A DNA stretch of 64,000 bases from Histomonas meleagridis 2922-C6/04-290x (lineage: Eukaryota > Protista > Parabasalia). Below, piece by piece: positions 62,686 through 64,000 of the stretch. The stretch's first letter is position 1, and each line of letters begins with the position of its first letter. Made by a program: the position numbers and the translations under genes. The notes under the pieces are model-generated. The model saw nothing but the letters and a program-made list of their open reading frames with translations, did no database searches and was not told the DNA's origin. The stretch lies in NCBI GenBank assembly GCA_020184695.1, contig JAANOX010000211.1, positions 1 through 64,000 on the forward strand, written 5' to 3'.

Positions 62686-63948
62686 GTTTTTTGCATTGAT
62701 ATAAATGTATTTTTGCTTAAGAATATATTCAACATATTCAATATTTCCAAATTCCATAACTTTAAAAAGTATATTATTTACATTGTATGAGTTTTGAAGA
62801 AAATATTGAATAAGATATAAATTATGATTTTTTAATGATTCATTGATAATAGAATCGTTAATTTTCATACCTATTCCGACCAAAAACGAAAAAATTTGAA
62901 AACTTCCCTTATTAATGCAAAGACACCCTAAATCAGCTAAAATTGTATTCCCTGAAATCATAATATTTCCTAAATCATCAAATATAGTAGGCCTTTTTAA
63001 AATTTTTCCACCAACCTCATTATCATATAAATAACGAAATATATCATTTCTATGGAATCTAATTGCTGTTTCATATGCACCTTCAAATGATGAATGATTT
63101 TGTTCACATAAATGAATAATTTCTTCATTTCCACCTGCAACTGCATATTTACCTGTGTTTTCTAATTTTGCATTATTTATAAGTAAATATTTAAAGCATT
63201 TAACTGATCCAAAAAATGCTGCATACTCAATTAACGTAACATTAGAATGATTTATAAAATCACATCTTTCATAAAGTGATGGCTCAATTGTTTGATTAAA
63301 ATCAAAATTTGTTTGTGATGATATTTCTTGAAGTTTTTCGATTTCATCATTTCGAATTATTTTTGCAATCTCATTTGGATTACGCCCTTCTTTAATTAAT
63401 TGTTTATGAAGTTCCCAATCATTCTTTGATAATTCTTCATAATTTTTGAAAAAAGTTCTTTCAAATGGATCATTTCTATTTCTTTTTTGATTTTCTTCCT
63501 TAATTTTATAATGTGCAAAATATTTAGATTTGATGTCTCTTGTAATATTTTTATCAATTAAATTTAGTTCAATCATTTTGTTAATTATAAAATAAGATTC
63601 TTTTTCTTGAATTGAAGAAATATATTTGATAAAAATTTCTTTTATTTCGGGTTTGTTAATTTTCATTTCCTCCTTAATTTCTAGAGTATTTAAAAAATTT
63701 AAATATATATCAATTATATTATTTTTTGATGAAAATGCATAGTAAATTAAATTAACAATTACAAAATTAAATGCATAAGAAATATTTATATCAAAATATT
63801 TCATTATTTGTTGAACGGATGAATCGAGATTTTCTTCAGTTAAATTAAGTATAATATGTTCAAGTTCTGAAAGCAATTCCAAAGACGGGCATTTGCGGTT
63901 AGAAACATTATTTCTTTTTTTTGAATACTTTTTTTTTGCATATGACAT
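62647..63948 (-). CDS. DUF3447-type ankyrin-repeat protein, annotatable 5' part (433 aa)
   Basis: DFNQTIEPSLYERC, TLIEYAAFFGSVKCFKYLL, AVAGGNEEIIHL and AIRFHRNDIF are typical of parabasalid DUF3447/ankyrin genes. The ORF stops inside the first spacer after INAKN. Confidence 0.85.
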   Translation of the reverse strand: MSYAKKKYSKKRNNVSNRKCPSLELLSELEHIILNLTEENLDSSVQQIMKYFDINISYAFNFVIVNLIYYAFSSKNNIIDIYLNFLNTLEIKEEMKINKPEIKEIFIKYISSIQEKESYFIINKMIELNLIDKNITRDIKSKYFAHYKIKEENQKRNRNDPFERTFFKNYEELSKNDWELHKQLIKEGRNPNEIAKIIRNDEIEKLQEISSQTNFDFNQTIEPSLYERCDFINHSNVTLIEYAAFFGSVKCFKYLLINNAKLENTGKYAVAGGNEEIIHLCEQNHSSFEGAYETAIRFHRNDIFRYLYDNEVGGKILKRPTIFDDLGNIMISGNTILADLGCLCINKGSFQIFSFLVGIGMKINDSIINESLKNHNLYLIQYFLQNSYNVNNILFKVMEFGNIEYVEYILKQKYIYINAKNFELFYLIFEFVI

Positions 63949-64000
63949 CTGATTTTTAATTGATGAATTCTTTGAAAATTGTAATGTTAATATTTTATTT

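Overview
AT-rich, gene-dense eukaryotic DNA in the standard genetic code. It is most consistent with a parabasalid (Trichomonas/Tritrichomonas-like), judged by TCAYT initiator motifs just upstream of ATGs, M3-like promoter motifs, intron-less genes, an R2R3 Myb, divergent Rabs, a BEACH protein and a DUF3447-type ankyrin gene; this assignment is inference. The window holds about 25 protein genes: a DnaJ, a GH47 mannosidase, a HELQ-like helicase, a tomosyn-like protein, two Rabs, a BEACH protein, Myb, a DHHC enzyme, TRAPPC13-like, Spt6, LST8, an actin-like protein, CASP-like, V-ATPase subunit c, a PP2A-A-like protein and several hypotheticals. There is also one tRNA-Glu(TTC). The standout is at 61081-62685, on the minus strand. 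The ankyrin gene continues past its stop as ten intact ankyrin cassettes of about 90 nt, separated by AT-rich spacers that lack GT-AG ends and the ACTAAC branch point. Seven of the ten spacers are exactly 80 nt despite clear sequence divergence. This points to an unrecognised processing or recoding system (non-canonical introns, recoding, or DNA-level cassette use), though a decayed tandem array is not excluded. Other highlights are a two-copy non-autonomous DNA transposon family with 8-bp target duplications (hAT-like), a polyproline/multi-LRKV/44x-SAH actin-regulator-like gene split by a 1-nt homopolymer insertion, a 1,600-aa protein ending in a non-conjugatable ubiquitin, an internally shortened PP2A scaffold, a candidate structured ncRNA and a 40-bp palindrome flanked by Myb-type sites.
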